Assembly (NCBI RefSeq): GCF_001194135.2
Contig: NC_068998.1
Coordinates: 21,603,248-21,641,246 of the forward strand
Source: Octopus bimaculoides
Lineage: Eukaryota
Direction of reading: 5' to 3'
DNA length: 37,999 bases
The notes under the pieces: generated by a model
What the model was told of the DNA's origin: nothing
Seen by the model: the letters and a program-made list of their open reading frames with translations, nothing else
Database searches by the model: none
Shown: positions 1 through 11,300 of the stretch, piece after piece
How positions within the stretch are numbered: the stretch's first letter is position 1
Layout of the letters: each line of letters opens with the position of its first letter
Translations under genes and position numbers: made by a program

Positions 1-18
1 TATACACACACATACACA

Positions 19-52
<34 letters not shown>
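1..52. repeat. (CA)n/(TA)n microsatellite
   Basis: Dinucleotide runs read directly from the sequence. Confidence 0.95.
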
Positions 53-55
<3 letters not shown>

Positions 56-1760
56 TTAGATATGTCTGCATAAGTATAAAGTTGATCTTACTTTATATAT
101 CCCTAGGCAAAATTCTTGCCTGGGTCTAATTGGCAAAATAAGGTTATCAGATCAGTGATACGGCATGCGAGAAGCTTCCGATCGCCTTCACATTATTTCT
201 GTTCATTAAATTCTGGCAAATTACCTATCTACATTTTTCTCTTGTGATAACAGAAACAAAATTTGCTTTTAAGACTCATTTAAACCGTTGTGTTTGCTTA
301 TGCTCAGTACGTGTTTTAGTTAATATGTGTATAATTTTCTCGTTCAAATCTAATAGAATCTTATCGAAATTATACATTTCTGTTTATTTTATCCTACGAT
401 GACAAGTTCCACTGTGGGAATGCAGATAACAAAATCAACGTCGTCACATTTTGAACTCGAGAAAAACCTTGCGTACATTTAGTTTTCCGCGTACAGAAAA
501 CCCAACTATTTCAAGTTTGTCACTTACGCATTAACTCATCAAACAAAATACACTGATTTTTATTGATTAATATGTGAGTTTATTACATGAGAATAATAAT
601 TGAAAGCTTGTGTGTCCCAAAGAACCACGAGGAGTGTATTATGTTTGCATTGGTGTTTCGTTGATATGTGTTTATGCATTCAATGGTTCATGGAATTTTA
701 ATATTTATCCTGGCAGATGACAATGTATTTTGTTTTAGTGACAACGTCTTACTGCATTGCGAAGTAGTGCCTTCATGACAATTTTTCATAGCTTCTGGTC
801 ACATGTGTGATGTCTTCTACATAAATGTGACATAATGGAAAATTTATATTGCATCTTGTGGCTCCAGATGTTTCAGTCACTCTTTTCTTTATAACGTATT
901 CTGGGTTGGAATAATATCTTCCACTTTTGTTGCAAATACATAGCATTCAAAGTGTTATATGATGCAGTGGTCATGCGCACACATACACACACAGACACAA
1001 ACTCTAGTGTTACATGTTTTACTATATTCATTTAATAATTTCTGATGGGAAGACTATTATTTTTTTGTTACAACCAACTATCCGTCAGTGTTCGCATAGT
1101 TCGAGCGTTTCTTTGATCGGGCTGAGATTCTACTTTATCAACTTCAGTTTGCTCAATCTTGTCATGTAATACGCATGTCAGGATTTGTGCAGCCACCGTT
1201 TTATATAGGCATTATGCAATCTAACTATCATGTTACTTTTAGTTTTCTTCAATATCTTCTGTTAATCTTTCAGACTATTTCTCACAGAGTAGGTTTTTTA
1301 CGCGTTGCCATCTTAGAAAACAGTTAACAATTCCTATTTCTTTCATGCCTTCTATTTTATTTTATTTTATTTTTTTGCATTTGTTTCCATTTATACTTTG
1401 CCCTATATTTCTTGATACCTTAGACTAGATTGTTTCTAACAATTTTGCACTTGTTGCGGAAGACCCCAAAACTTTAAAATTATTTGTGGTAAATATAATC
1501 TCCCTGAATTGAATTTTAGGTGCTGTTTCGAAATGTACTCAGTTATCTTGTTTTCCTTTCTAATCGTACTACTTCTGATCGTACACTGAACCGCAAAAGA
1601 CTGTGTGTTCGTGTGACTGTCAAATATGTTTTAATTTCGTTTTGTCAGAGATAAATTTTGATAAATCTGATAAAGTCAAATTTTTGGAAGCACTTTGACC
1701 ACGGTCTATGGGTCATTCACATGTGTTCTGGTAGTGGGCAGAGCCAGCACATTGAGATTT

Positions 1761-2784
1761 TTAGGGCGTGACATGTTCAATACCGTGCAAGAAGGCCATA
1801 CACCGTCGGTACAAGGTGTGCATGAGGAGGTTCACAGAAGCCATTGTCACCTGTGCCCATACCCTGAGGAAAGCTGCCTCCAGTTCCTCACAAATTGTCA
1901 GCCGTTGGACCATAGGGTTCAGCTAGCTCTGGATTTCATCCCACAGGTGTTCAATTGAGTTGAAATCCGGGCTGAGAGCCGGCCACCGCACGGTTCTCAT
2001 GTTCTGCTGACGGAGGAAGTCCATGGAGGCCCTGGCCGTGTGAGAGGGAGTATTGTCGTGCTCGAATACGTGGCTATGGAGACGCACGAAGAAGGACACG
2101 ATGTGAGGTGTTAGGGCCTGGTCAATGTAGTGTTGCAGGTGATGGCATTCCCTAACCTGCACCAACATTTTGGAACACATTGGGTCCAATTCTCTGACTC
2201 AGGTCCATATTAAACCCAACCGTGATGCTTTGCCTACCACACGCGTCTCTCTCCATGACATATCCACCTCTATAGCGTTCACCCCTTCTATTCCACATCC
2301 TCACTCTACCATCCGAGGTGGAAACGTAGTACTGGCTTTGGTCACAGAAAACTATCAACCTCCATTGTTGCTGCCGCTAAAGACGGTGCTGTGTAGCCCA
2401 CTGACGTCGTGCCTGACAGTGGCGGGAAGTGAGAACGGGCATGACGACAGCAACGCAGGTTGTTGGTGTTCAGTCGATGTCGTACCGTATTGTCATTGAT
2501 GGATCGCTGCCCAGTGCTAAGGGTCTCGCGAGCTGTCACGCTGGCCGGTCTTAAGCGATCACGGAGGTGTTGCAGGTGGATGAAGCGGTCCTGCCTGGGC
2601 GTGGTAACTCGCGGGCACCCTCTGCGGACATGGTTCGCATTGCTGTTGGTGTTGTTGTATCGCTGCTGCAGGCGATAGATGGTGCCTACATGGACATTGC
2701 AAGCTTTCGCAACAACCAGGGCACGGTGTCCTACTTGTAATCGGCCGATAACGTGTCCTCTATACGCTGCTGACAATCGGTCAT
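1761..2784 (-). pseudogene. Tc1 DD34E transposase, frameshifted with in-frame stops
   Basis: N-terminal HTH-like region (IGRLQVG...RRGCPRVTTPRQDRFI...TVRHRL). First D in FCDQSQY (cf. FSDESRF), then DGRVRMWNRRGERY. Second D in FEHDNTPSH and E in WPALSPDFNSIEHLWDE, with exactly 34 residues between D and E. Stop at 1761-1763; ATG at 2784 needs a 1-bp frameshift. Confidence 0.92.
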
Positions 2785-2801
2785 ACCTGATGCGTCCAAA
2801 A

Positions 2802-3661
2802 TATGAATTGATTTTATTATAGCTATAAGGCCTAACACGGAGGGGACAGAAAAGTGGTTGGCAGGATTCGTTCCGAATGATTACCAGATGATTTTATAAA
2901 ATCATAATATGAAATAAATGATGAAAATAGGAAGTGATGGCCGAGTATGCCCTCACAGACCACATGACTCCTTTTGTCTTTTCTGAAGCAAATAGATTTA
3001 TTCTCATCATGTATACCACTTTCTGGCATCTTTTCTCGTATATACTTTGTGGCAGGCAGCTTCATTCCAGCCTCTTCTTCTTTTTAAGTTGGGAGATAAA
3101 ATAATTTCCCAACCTTCGGCTAGAAATGACGTCATCTGTCCCTGTTTCTTTCATACGAGAATTCCATACAACCACTTTTGCAATCGATACTACAGCGAAG
3201 AAAGAGACGGCCTCCTCCTTTTTCAGAGAGGCCCGCAGAACAATCTTTATAATAGAGTTGGAAGACAACTGTTCTCTTCCTAAACTTGACAGCAGGTGTT
3301 CAACATAAACCCACAACTCCGATAACCTCGGACACTGCACAATAGCGTGCAGAACCGTTTCACTGCTCTACTCACATCTTGGGCAAGTGGGCTGGCACAG
3401 AAAGCCGTGCCTGGCGAGTTTATGCCGAACTGGTAAGGATCCTCGGTAACACTGCCAAGCCAGAGACTTTTGGAACTTGTCCAAAGGCCTCGGCCCGAAT
3501 GCCCTTCAGAACAAAGCAGCAAGCTGACCTTCACCGAAGCCTAGGTTTTCCTCCAGATCATCGTCTCACCGTGCCTCTACTAGCAGTCTATAGAACGACG
3601 AGGTGGAACCCTCGATACCAGCATTACCCATCCGACAGGGAAGCGCGAATTTCTGCCAACT
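2802..3661 (-). mobile_element. 5'-truncated L1/Tx1-clade LINE, ORF2 C-terminus and 3' UTR, inserted in the Tc1 leader
   Basis: Minus-strand translation ...FGPRPLDKFQKSLAWQCYRGSLPVRHKLARHG..PTCPRCE*SSETVLHAIVQCPRLSELW gives the CxxC...H...C zinc knuckle typical of L1/Tx1 ORF2. The 3' end carries AATAAAA. Flanked by the direct repeat GTCCAAAA at 2794-2801 and 3662-3669. Confidence 0.85.
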
Positions 3662-5371
3662 GTCCAAAAATCAACTAATAGCAACTACTTAGTTATAATA
3701 AACACAGAACAAATCCAACTCGAAAGTGAGGAGAAATTACGAATGCCAGGAACCCGGTTCAAGTTGATTTTTATACCCATAACCTCCACGAGATGCACGT
3801 GTATTTCGGTCTTCCTGACAATAGTTTGCGACTGCAACCCACGGTATTCAATGCATCACCGTTTTGGTGTCTCTTTTCAGTGTAAGTTGAAAGGTTACAT
3901 GCAATTTGGGTCTCAGCCATAAACTAGTATGACTTGGAATATTTACACTTACAACCACGAAAAAAATTTACGAAATAAAAATGACATTTGAGAAAAAAAA
4001 AGGCGTTTCTTTTATGGTTCAGTGTATATATATATTTTGAGCATTTTGGAATCGCCTTTCTGGTTATATACCACTTGCAGCAAGTTTACCGGTCTTGGGT
4101 CTGTAATTGTGATGAACAAGATCCTTTTCTTCAGACTCAACTGGTAGATTTAAATATATACATACCTTGCAACTGAACAGTAAATAAAAACGTCAAAAAA
4201 GAAAAAAAGAAAAAAAAAGAGAACGAGATACCATCAGCTTCAGTCCAATTTTGACTTAAATTTCAAGACTAAGTTGAACGTAACGACCCAATCTGCCACT
4301 TTACTGGTCCCACGTTCAAAGTCAAATGAGAACATGCAATAGTGATGTGCACTCTACCTTCCTCACGAGTCAACAAAGGAGATATTTTCATATATTTATA
4401 TATGCATGAACATCGAAAATATAGAAAAGATAGAGAAAAGTTGAGATAAATTTATTGAAAATGAAAGATAAACAGATAAACTTGACACACATTTTTTTTT
4501 ATATGTTGTATATTTTTCTTTATTCAGATGAAATTTATAAATATGTTGTGAAATAATTTAACCCCAGGAACAGAAAGACAATATGTGGTTTCTTAAAATT
4601 TTCTCCAAATAATTTTTTTTATCAAAATTTGAAATACCAGTTTTTCATTATATTCTCAAAGGATAAACTTGTATGGAAGCTTCCTTAGAATTTATATTCA
4701 CAAACAAATGCACTGTGATTAATGATATACGTCTACATAATATCATATTCATAATTTTTTGAACATATATTTATTTAAACACAATATATTTTCGTGTATG
4801 TTGTAGATTGAATAAACATGATATCTCTATATTGTCATGTAGAGTTAGACATCTCTGAAGAAAAAAGAAATATAGAAATCTTTTTACTTCACAATTTTCT
4901 GTAACTTTGGTAACATAAAATAATTAGAATCTGAACAAGTTCCAAGCGAAAGGGCGCCTGCTGTATGTTGTATGTTCCAAATATTATCACGAATAATTTA
5001 AAATAAGACGTTGTGTTGAAATGTTAGGCGTCGGAGTTTTTAAGAACTAATTTTTTTCATAATAATTTATGAACATTTCTTTCTGTATAGCGACACGTGT
5101 GGACTATACTGTAGATTTTATATGACTAACGATAGCTCACTTGCCTGCCAGTTTTGTTCACACATCCATTAACGTGTCTTCACAATTTATCCAATACCTA
5201 TTCTATACACTCTACTCAAAACGCTAGTATGAGCTATTTGCTAGACAAGAGCCAGGCAGTCGCTTAGATCTTAAATATAGTAGGACATATTGAATAATAT
5301 ATTTAACTTCTTCATATAATTATGACGAGATAATTGCAATGTAGCTCTTTGATTATTGGTGTGTTCCACTA

Positions 5372-5402
5372 AACAACAACAACAACAGCAGCAGCAGCAG
5401 CG
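5372..5402. repeat. (CAA)n(CAG)n trinucleotide microsatellite
   Basis: aacaacaacaacaacagcagcagcagcagc read directly. Confidence 0.9.
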
Positions 5403-6212
5403 ACAAAAACCTATTAACTAGAGCGATTTCGAGTTAAGCATATAATCAATTCATCACTGGCACATGGTCGGTAGCACTGTGTGTTTTTTTTAGCTTTTTG
5501 GTTTAGTTGTTCAAGCCGAATATTCCGCGTCAATTATCCTTCAGCATCGTCACGTTTCGCACACAATCAATAATCGAAGAAATGCGACTTACCTCCTCTT
5601 CTTCGTTGAACTCTGCACGTGTCAACCGAAATGTCACTTTATCATGTTTCAAAACAAACACGTACACGTGGATGCTGTGTCAAGTGCTTTTAGTATTAAC
5701 TACTAGAATGTCATTTCTTAATACAAATCTACTGGCTACTTGCTATATTCCATCACATAACACTAAATTCTCAAACTAAAGAGATATAGCGAAAACAAAA
5801 AGAAAGAAAAAGGACCAAGAGAATTGACATTAGCAAGCCCTAGAATCCGCCTGCCACAAGAATTATGTTTCACACTTACAAACTCTATCCGTCTTTCATC
5901 ACTTGCTTAAGACGCTTTCTTTCAGAATTCTCTACCGTAATAGGAATCGATAGAAATTTCTTGGATCGACATTCCGGCAACCTTTATCACTTCACCAAAC
6001 ATTTTGCGCTTTATGGAGAATGACATGTCTGCTTTTCTTTCATGCAACATTCACTGTCGTGCGAATAAAATTCCTCGTTGTCGTCTTCATCTTCCACATG
6101 CTACGTAGTCAAAGGTATCTTGCACAGAAATACAGCAACATACCTCAGTTGGAAGTGATAAGTGTTGCTACACAATTTCGTACATATCTGCGAATCACTC
6201 TTGGAATACTAA

Positions 6213-6598
6213 GGTGGTTGGCACTCCATCGGTTACGACGAAGAGGCTTCCAGTTGATCCGATCAATGGAACATACTGCTCGTGAAATTAACGTGCAAGT
6301 GGCTGAGCACTCCACAGACATGTGTACCCTTAACGTAGTTCTCGGGGAGGTTCAGCGTGACACAGAGTGTGACAAGGCTGGCCCTTTGAAATACAGGTAC
6401 AACAGAAATAGGAAGTAAGAGTGAGAGAAAATGGTGGTGAAAGAGTACAGCAGGGTTCGCCACTATCCCCTGCCGGAGCCTCGTGGAACTTTAGGTGTTT
6501 TCGCTCAATAATCACTCACAATGTCCGGTCTGGGAATCGAAACTGCGATCCTACGACCACGAGTCCGCTGCCCTAACCAGTGGGCTATTGCGCCTCCA
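6213..6598 (-). mobile_element. tRNA-derived SINE, near full length (~385 bp; Arg-like head, probably an octopus OR-type family)
   Basis: Minus-strand head GGAGGCGCAATAGCCCACTGGTTAGGGCAGCGGACTCG...GTTTCGATTCCCAG has Pol III A- and B-box matches, followed by a unique body. The family name comes from memory of octopus SINEs. Confidence 0.8.
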
Positions 6599-7047
6599 CG
6601 AACACTAAGGAACAATATACAAATAGACATCAAATATCAACTAAAGGTGCTACTCCTCGCATACCATCGTGATAAGTAACGGAGGACATATTTGGCGGTA
6701 TTATGACCTACACAATATTTCCAATATGCATAGAAAACATCATAATTCTCATTTACAGCCGACAAAACGCAGATCCTGGGATGATGCCTCAAAACAACTA
6801 TTGCGACAAATACAAATCTATGCTGCTCTAAATAACACTTATTTCACTTGTCCATAAATTTAAATCTGATATGAATTTACTGAAATCTCAAGCAGTAACT
6901 TTCATCATGCCATCTTACTGCATAATTATCGTCTTCTTGAAATTCCACCTCACTATTAATATCCGCATCTTTAACGAGTGACTGTTTATTATCACATAAT
7001 AAATTATTCAGGAGAAGGCATAGATGGCAAAATCATTATCATTCCGG

Positions 7048-7228
7048 GCAAAATGATTAGGGCTATTTCATCCGTCTTTACGTTCTGAGTTCAGATTATG
7101 CTGTGGTCGACTTCGACTTTCACCCTTGCGGGTTCGATAAAATAGGTACCAGTCGAGCACTGGGATACATATGATCTACATACTCCCCACCCCTAAATTT
7201 GCAGGCATTGTGGTAAGTTTTGAAATCG
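7048..7228 (+). mobile_element. Short SINE family copy, diverged and 5'-truncated (same family as 26041-26256)
   Basis: Aligns by eye with 26041-26256 (tttacgttctgagttcag..gtcgact..tttca...cgataaaataggtaccagt). Confidence 0.7.
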
Positions 7229-8599
7229 ATGTATAATTCAGGAAAGAATTCTGTAAAAATATTCTGACAGATTAAGTTTGATTCTATTCATAAAGCATTC
7301 TTGTTCATTATCCCCCGCCCAGGAATTGAGCTGAAAAACTAAACAAAATATTCTAAAATACTACAATCAACCCAAAGGGTATCAGAGTTTTAGGCCAAAT
7401 GCAGAGTATGCATGAAAAACGAGAAATACAAAGACCAAGTATTCGTAGTGAAACGCAATTTCAAAGCACCCAACATGCGTGCGTTATCTATTGCGGTCGG
7501 TGCATCGGGACCATCTCAAAGACAATAGTATTCTGGCATAAAAACTGCTATAGTAAAAGTCATAGGAATACAAAACATTGTAGGAAGTACACAGTTTGCA
7601 GCAATACTTTCATATCTTTCCTGCTTTCAAGCATTTATATCCTTAGACACGCGTCTCTCCTACTTGAGACTGAAAACACAATAGGCATATTTCAAAATTC
7701 AAAAGCCCAATACACTGAAAGGAAATAAGGAAATGATTGAACTTACAGCTTAACATATTGTTAACATATTGATTAGCTGTTTCAATTCACTACTAACATT
7801 TCCGTAATATCTAAACAGTGAACAGAATTATTAAACCTCTAAAACCTAAAAGCAAACATAATGTCTCATTTGAAAAGACTTGTGAAACTATCACTGATTG
7901 GGCTGGTTTACTTTTCTAAGGTGGAAGAGTGATAACTGGTTGCTATTTCTAGCTGGTCGAACGTTTGCAAAGTGGTTACTTTGTTGATTGGCAAATGTTG
8001 TGCTTTCAACATTCAGCTCATATTATTTCCTTTTCACGAAACTATCGAATGGAAATGAACGGAATTGTGTTTTCGTTGAGATTATATTTTCTTGATTTTG
8101 TTATTTAAGCTTTGATATATAAAAGATACGTAATACATTACAACGGTGCGCAGGAGATATTTCGAATGTACATAAATAATGTGGATTAGCATTTCTGCAT
8201 AAAAGATGCTGGAAAAAGAATTTCGCAGCATGCGTAAAATCACAGCAACGTACACATGTTAGTTCTTTATTGAATATTGTATGTTTACATTCGCTTTTGT
8301 AAAGAAATAATTTACAAATTGATATTCTGATGGTATTAAATGACTATTCATTTTACATAGCGTTTCTAGCTTCTTCGGCTCCTGACATGTTGGCGTTGAA
8401 TCAATTTGCATCAAGTTATAAGATATTAACCAATCTTTTTAGCAAATTGTAGAAATTTTCTGCTTCATACACGACTTTATTCAATAGAATTGCAGTAAAG
8501 TTGCTGCAATGAGAAATAGTTGGGTAGCAGTAAAACTAATTAGCTTGTATCTCCAGATCCGACATGTTGACTACGTTTCGGTATAATGCCGATTTGCAT

Positions 8600-8728
8600 T
8601 TTAATGTGTATACACACACATACACATACATGGCACACAGACACACACACAAATATATATTTAAATATGCCTACGTATGTATATATGTATGAATGTATCT
8701 ATCAATATTTGTGCATGTATGTGTGCAT

Positions 8729-8787
<59 letters not shown>

Positions 8788-8800
8788 AGTGTGTGTGTAT
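8600..8800. repeat. Compound (CA)n/(TA)n/(TATG)n microsatellite
   Basis: Read directly. It explains the HTHT/IYIY ORFs in the track. Confidence 0.95.
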
Positions 8801-9100
8801 CACATATCTCTAAAGGCATACACAAATGTCTGCCTGTATTAGCAGACATTCACATACACATGAATTATCATATCTGTTTATTCATGCAAAGCTACACTTA
8901 TCTTAATTATTCAGAATACATTTTTGTTAATATTGTATGCAACTAATATACCAGATGGCGTTTATATATTTGAGCGTCTTTTATTTCCCAATTAGGTAGG
9001 GGATGAGGGAAGTAGCTCTGACTTGTAGAAGTTCGTAGAGAGTTGTGGTGTTAATAGAATCGAAGAATCGATTTTAGCTTCAACATGCCTTCATTTCATA

Positions 9101-9280
9101 TCTTTTACTTGAATCAGTCATTAGACAATGGTCATGATGGGGCACCGCTTTGAAGAATTTCAGCCGAAACAATCTACTCCAGTACTTATTATTTTAAACA
9201 TGATAATTATTCTATCGCCGCTTTTTCCGAACCGCTACAAACGGGGACGTAAACGCACCAACACTGGATGTCAAGCGGTG
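9101..9280 (-). mobile_element. 3' half of another octopus-type SINE, diverged
   Basis: Blocks such as ccgaaccgcta..acggggacgtaaac.caccaacac and ttttacttg..tcagtcatt match a common octopus SINE 3' end as I recall it. No head is present and no second copy in the window confirms it. Confidence 0.55.
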
Positions 9281-9760
9281 TGTGCATGTGCAGAGTGTAT
9301 GTTTGTGAACGAGAGTTATCTTTGTCTATGCGTGTTGCGTGTGTTTTTGCGTGTTACTTGTATGTCTATATATTGTCTGTTTATACGTTGTCTGTGCTTG
9401 TGTGGGTGTGGGAGTGTGCACGATGGTGTGTGGTGCGTGTACTGAATTAAACAGTGTGTGGCTGCTCGTATTGTGGTACGTGTGGTGATGCTATTGGAGA
9501 TTTTGTGGATGTGTGGGTAATGGTGTGTGGTGAGGGTGCTGAGAAGTAGTCGGTGCTAGTGTGTGTGTGGAGTGGGAAATTGCTGTGTGTATGTAATGGT
9601 GTGTGAAAGGAATAATGAGTTGAACAGTGTGTATGTATGTTTATATAGTGGAGTGTGTGTGGTGAGGGTACCGAGGTAGGCGGTATGCAGGTATGTAGGT
9701 CGATGGGGTGTAGTTGAATATGGGAGGTATGTGGGAATCTGTGTGGGATTGGTGTCAGAT
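9280..9760. repeat. GT/GGT-rich low-complexity tract
   Basis: Degenerate gtgtgtggtg repeats, lying 3' of the Penelope-like fragment in element orientation. Confidence 0.85.
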
Positions 9761-9764
9761 GAAA

Positions 9765-10375
9765 AGGGGAAGTGAGGTGAACCCGTGTTGCGCAAAGGAA
9801 CGAAAAGAGAAGATTAATTCCTGTTCACAGCGCTGGCTGGAGTCCATGTGCACCCTGTGCAGAGACAGTACGAACACAGACAGATGGTGTAGCGAATGAC
9901 CGGTAGAGGAGAAGAAACGCGAGGCCGCGGTGTCATTGCCGAGAGTGATGTCTCGGAGGTGCTCCCCGAACCGGTCCGCCAATCAGCCACCCGTTTGACC
10001 AACGTACAGGGGAGGACAGAGAGCGCAGGGGATGCGTAAATAACATAACTAGAGATGCAGGTAAAGGAGTCGGTGAGGTGACGTAATAGGGACGGTGATA
10101 GGTGCCAGTGAGGATAGTGGTGTTGGAGAGGTAGTGGCAGTTGCGACAGCGTGGGCAGGAGCAGTGGTAGAGGTCAGGCTGGGCGGCAGGGGGGGGGGAC
10201 GAAACTGTGCCCCAGGAGATCACGCAGCTTACGGGCTCGTTTGAAGGAGGGAAGGGGTAGGTTGGGTAAGATGTGCAATGCGGAGGTGTAAGATTGGAGT
10301 CGCCGGATGGCTGGAAGAATGATGCGTTAGAAGGGTAGGGTGGAGTAGTGGTAGGTGATGGGAAACGGGAGACTA
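9765..10375 (-). mobile_element. Penelope-like element fragment (linker and GIY-YIG endonuclease), decayed
   Basis: Minus-strand translation across frameshifts: PITYH...LPSFKRARKLRDLLGHS, Cys-rich CSCPRCRNC, SFTCISSYVIY, CALC..LYVGQTGG*LADRFGEHLRDI..., EQELIF. This is GIY-YIG with the Neptune/Naiad-type Cys linker. Confidence 0.85.
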
Positions 10376-10379
10376 CATA

Positions 10380-10470
10380 GATGCATACATGTATGTATGA
10401 ATGCATTCATACATACACATGTACATACACAAAAATACACACGCATATATATATATATATATATATATGA
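10380..10470. repeat. (TACA)/(TA)n microsatellite
   Basis: Read directly. Confidence 0.9.
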
Positions 10471-11226
10471 TTTAGAATGCTTCGTTTGGAAAATATTATC
10501 GTTACCATTCTTAGTAATCAGAGAAAGCATAGATAAACGCTGAAATATACCTCCAGTACATTTTGATTTCAATTGAACTGTGAGTCAATTGTAAGTGTTG
10601 AATTAGCTGAGGATAATTCGAAGCACGAGAACAAGAGCCCGATAAGGATGAAATTCCTTTGCAGTTGGTAAGATGATACAAGTTTCTTTCAACGTTTCAA
10701 AGACTAACACATACAGATATTTTTCTAGTATTTTGTTACAACTCTGGGAATTACATTTCAGACTGAAAACTATATCATTATCAATTATATAACCAGTTCA
10801 AAGCGGATTTCCATACTGAATGCTTTGTGTAGTAAGAGACATCAGACACAGAGTGCAAGAAAATTTGAAAAATGAAGGAAAATGAACGTACAAATTAAAA
10901 ACGTGTCTGCCGTTTGAAAAAGAAAGAAAGAAAAGAAATAGAACTTCTTTAAATCTTTACAATATAAATAATTTTTTCCTAATTTACACGGTAAAATTAT
11001 TATTAAAGTAAATGTTTGTTTCTCGCATTTACCGAGAACGAGAAAAACTACTTACTTCCATTTACATATAAAATAGTAGAATAAACCTATTTTTAAACTA
11101 ATTTCCTTTCATGATTTCTGTGCAGTTCCAGCCATCTACAATACTTTAGTTATGCTGTTTATAATAACTATCTCAAAATTTTGCACAATGCTAGCAATTT
11201 TATGATGAGTGCGATGAAACAAAAAC

Positions 11227-11300
11227 ATTGGTCCCATTTATCAACCGTAAAAACGATGAATGGCACAGTTAAACTCGGTGGGATTTGCACTATACGAAGT
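11227..11300 (-). mobile_element. Highly diverged fragment of the short SINE family
   Basis: atttatcaaccg..aaacgatgaatggcacagttaaactcggtgggatttgcact resembles 25915-25970. Confidence 0.45.

Larger units (their letters stand above)
1584..4024 (-). mobile_element. Tc1-family DNA transposon, full length but inactive, with a nested LINE fragment
   Basis: TA at 1582-1583 and 4025-4026. TIRs CACTGAACCGCAAAAGA (1584-1600) vs revcomp of 4008-4024 CACTGAACCATAAAAGA, 15/17 identical, with weaker similarity further in. A transposase remnant lies inside. Removing the nested insert leaves about 1573 bp, a typical Tc1 size. Confidence 0.9.

Noticed and set aside
9985-9995. In-frame TGA in the PLE nuclease (GQTGG*LADRF) as possible selenocysteine, as in Naiad PLEs
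   Set aside because: The TGA is at a position normally Arg (CGA to TGA by CpG decay), not at a conserved Cys. All visible Cys codons are TGY.
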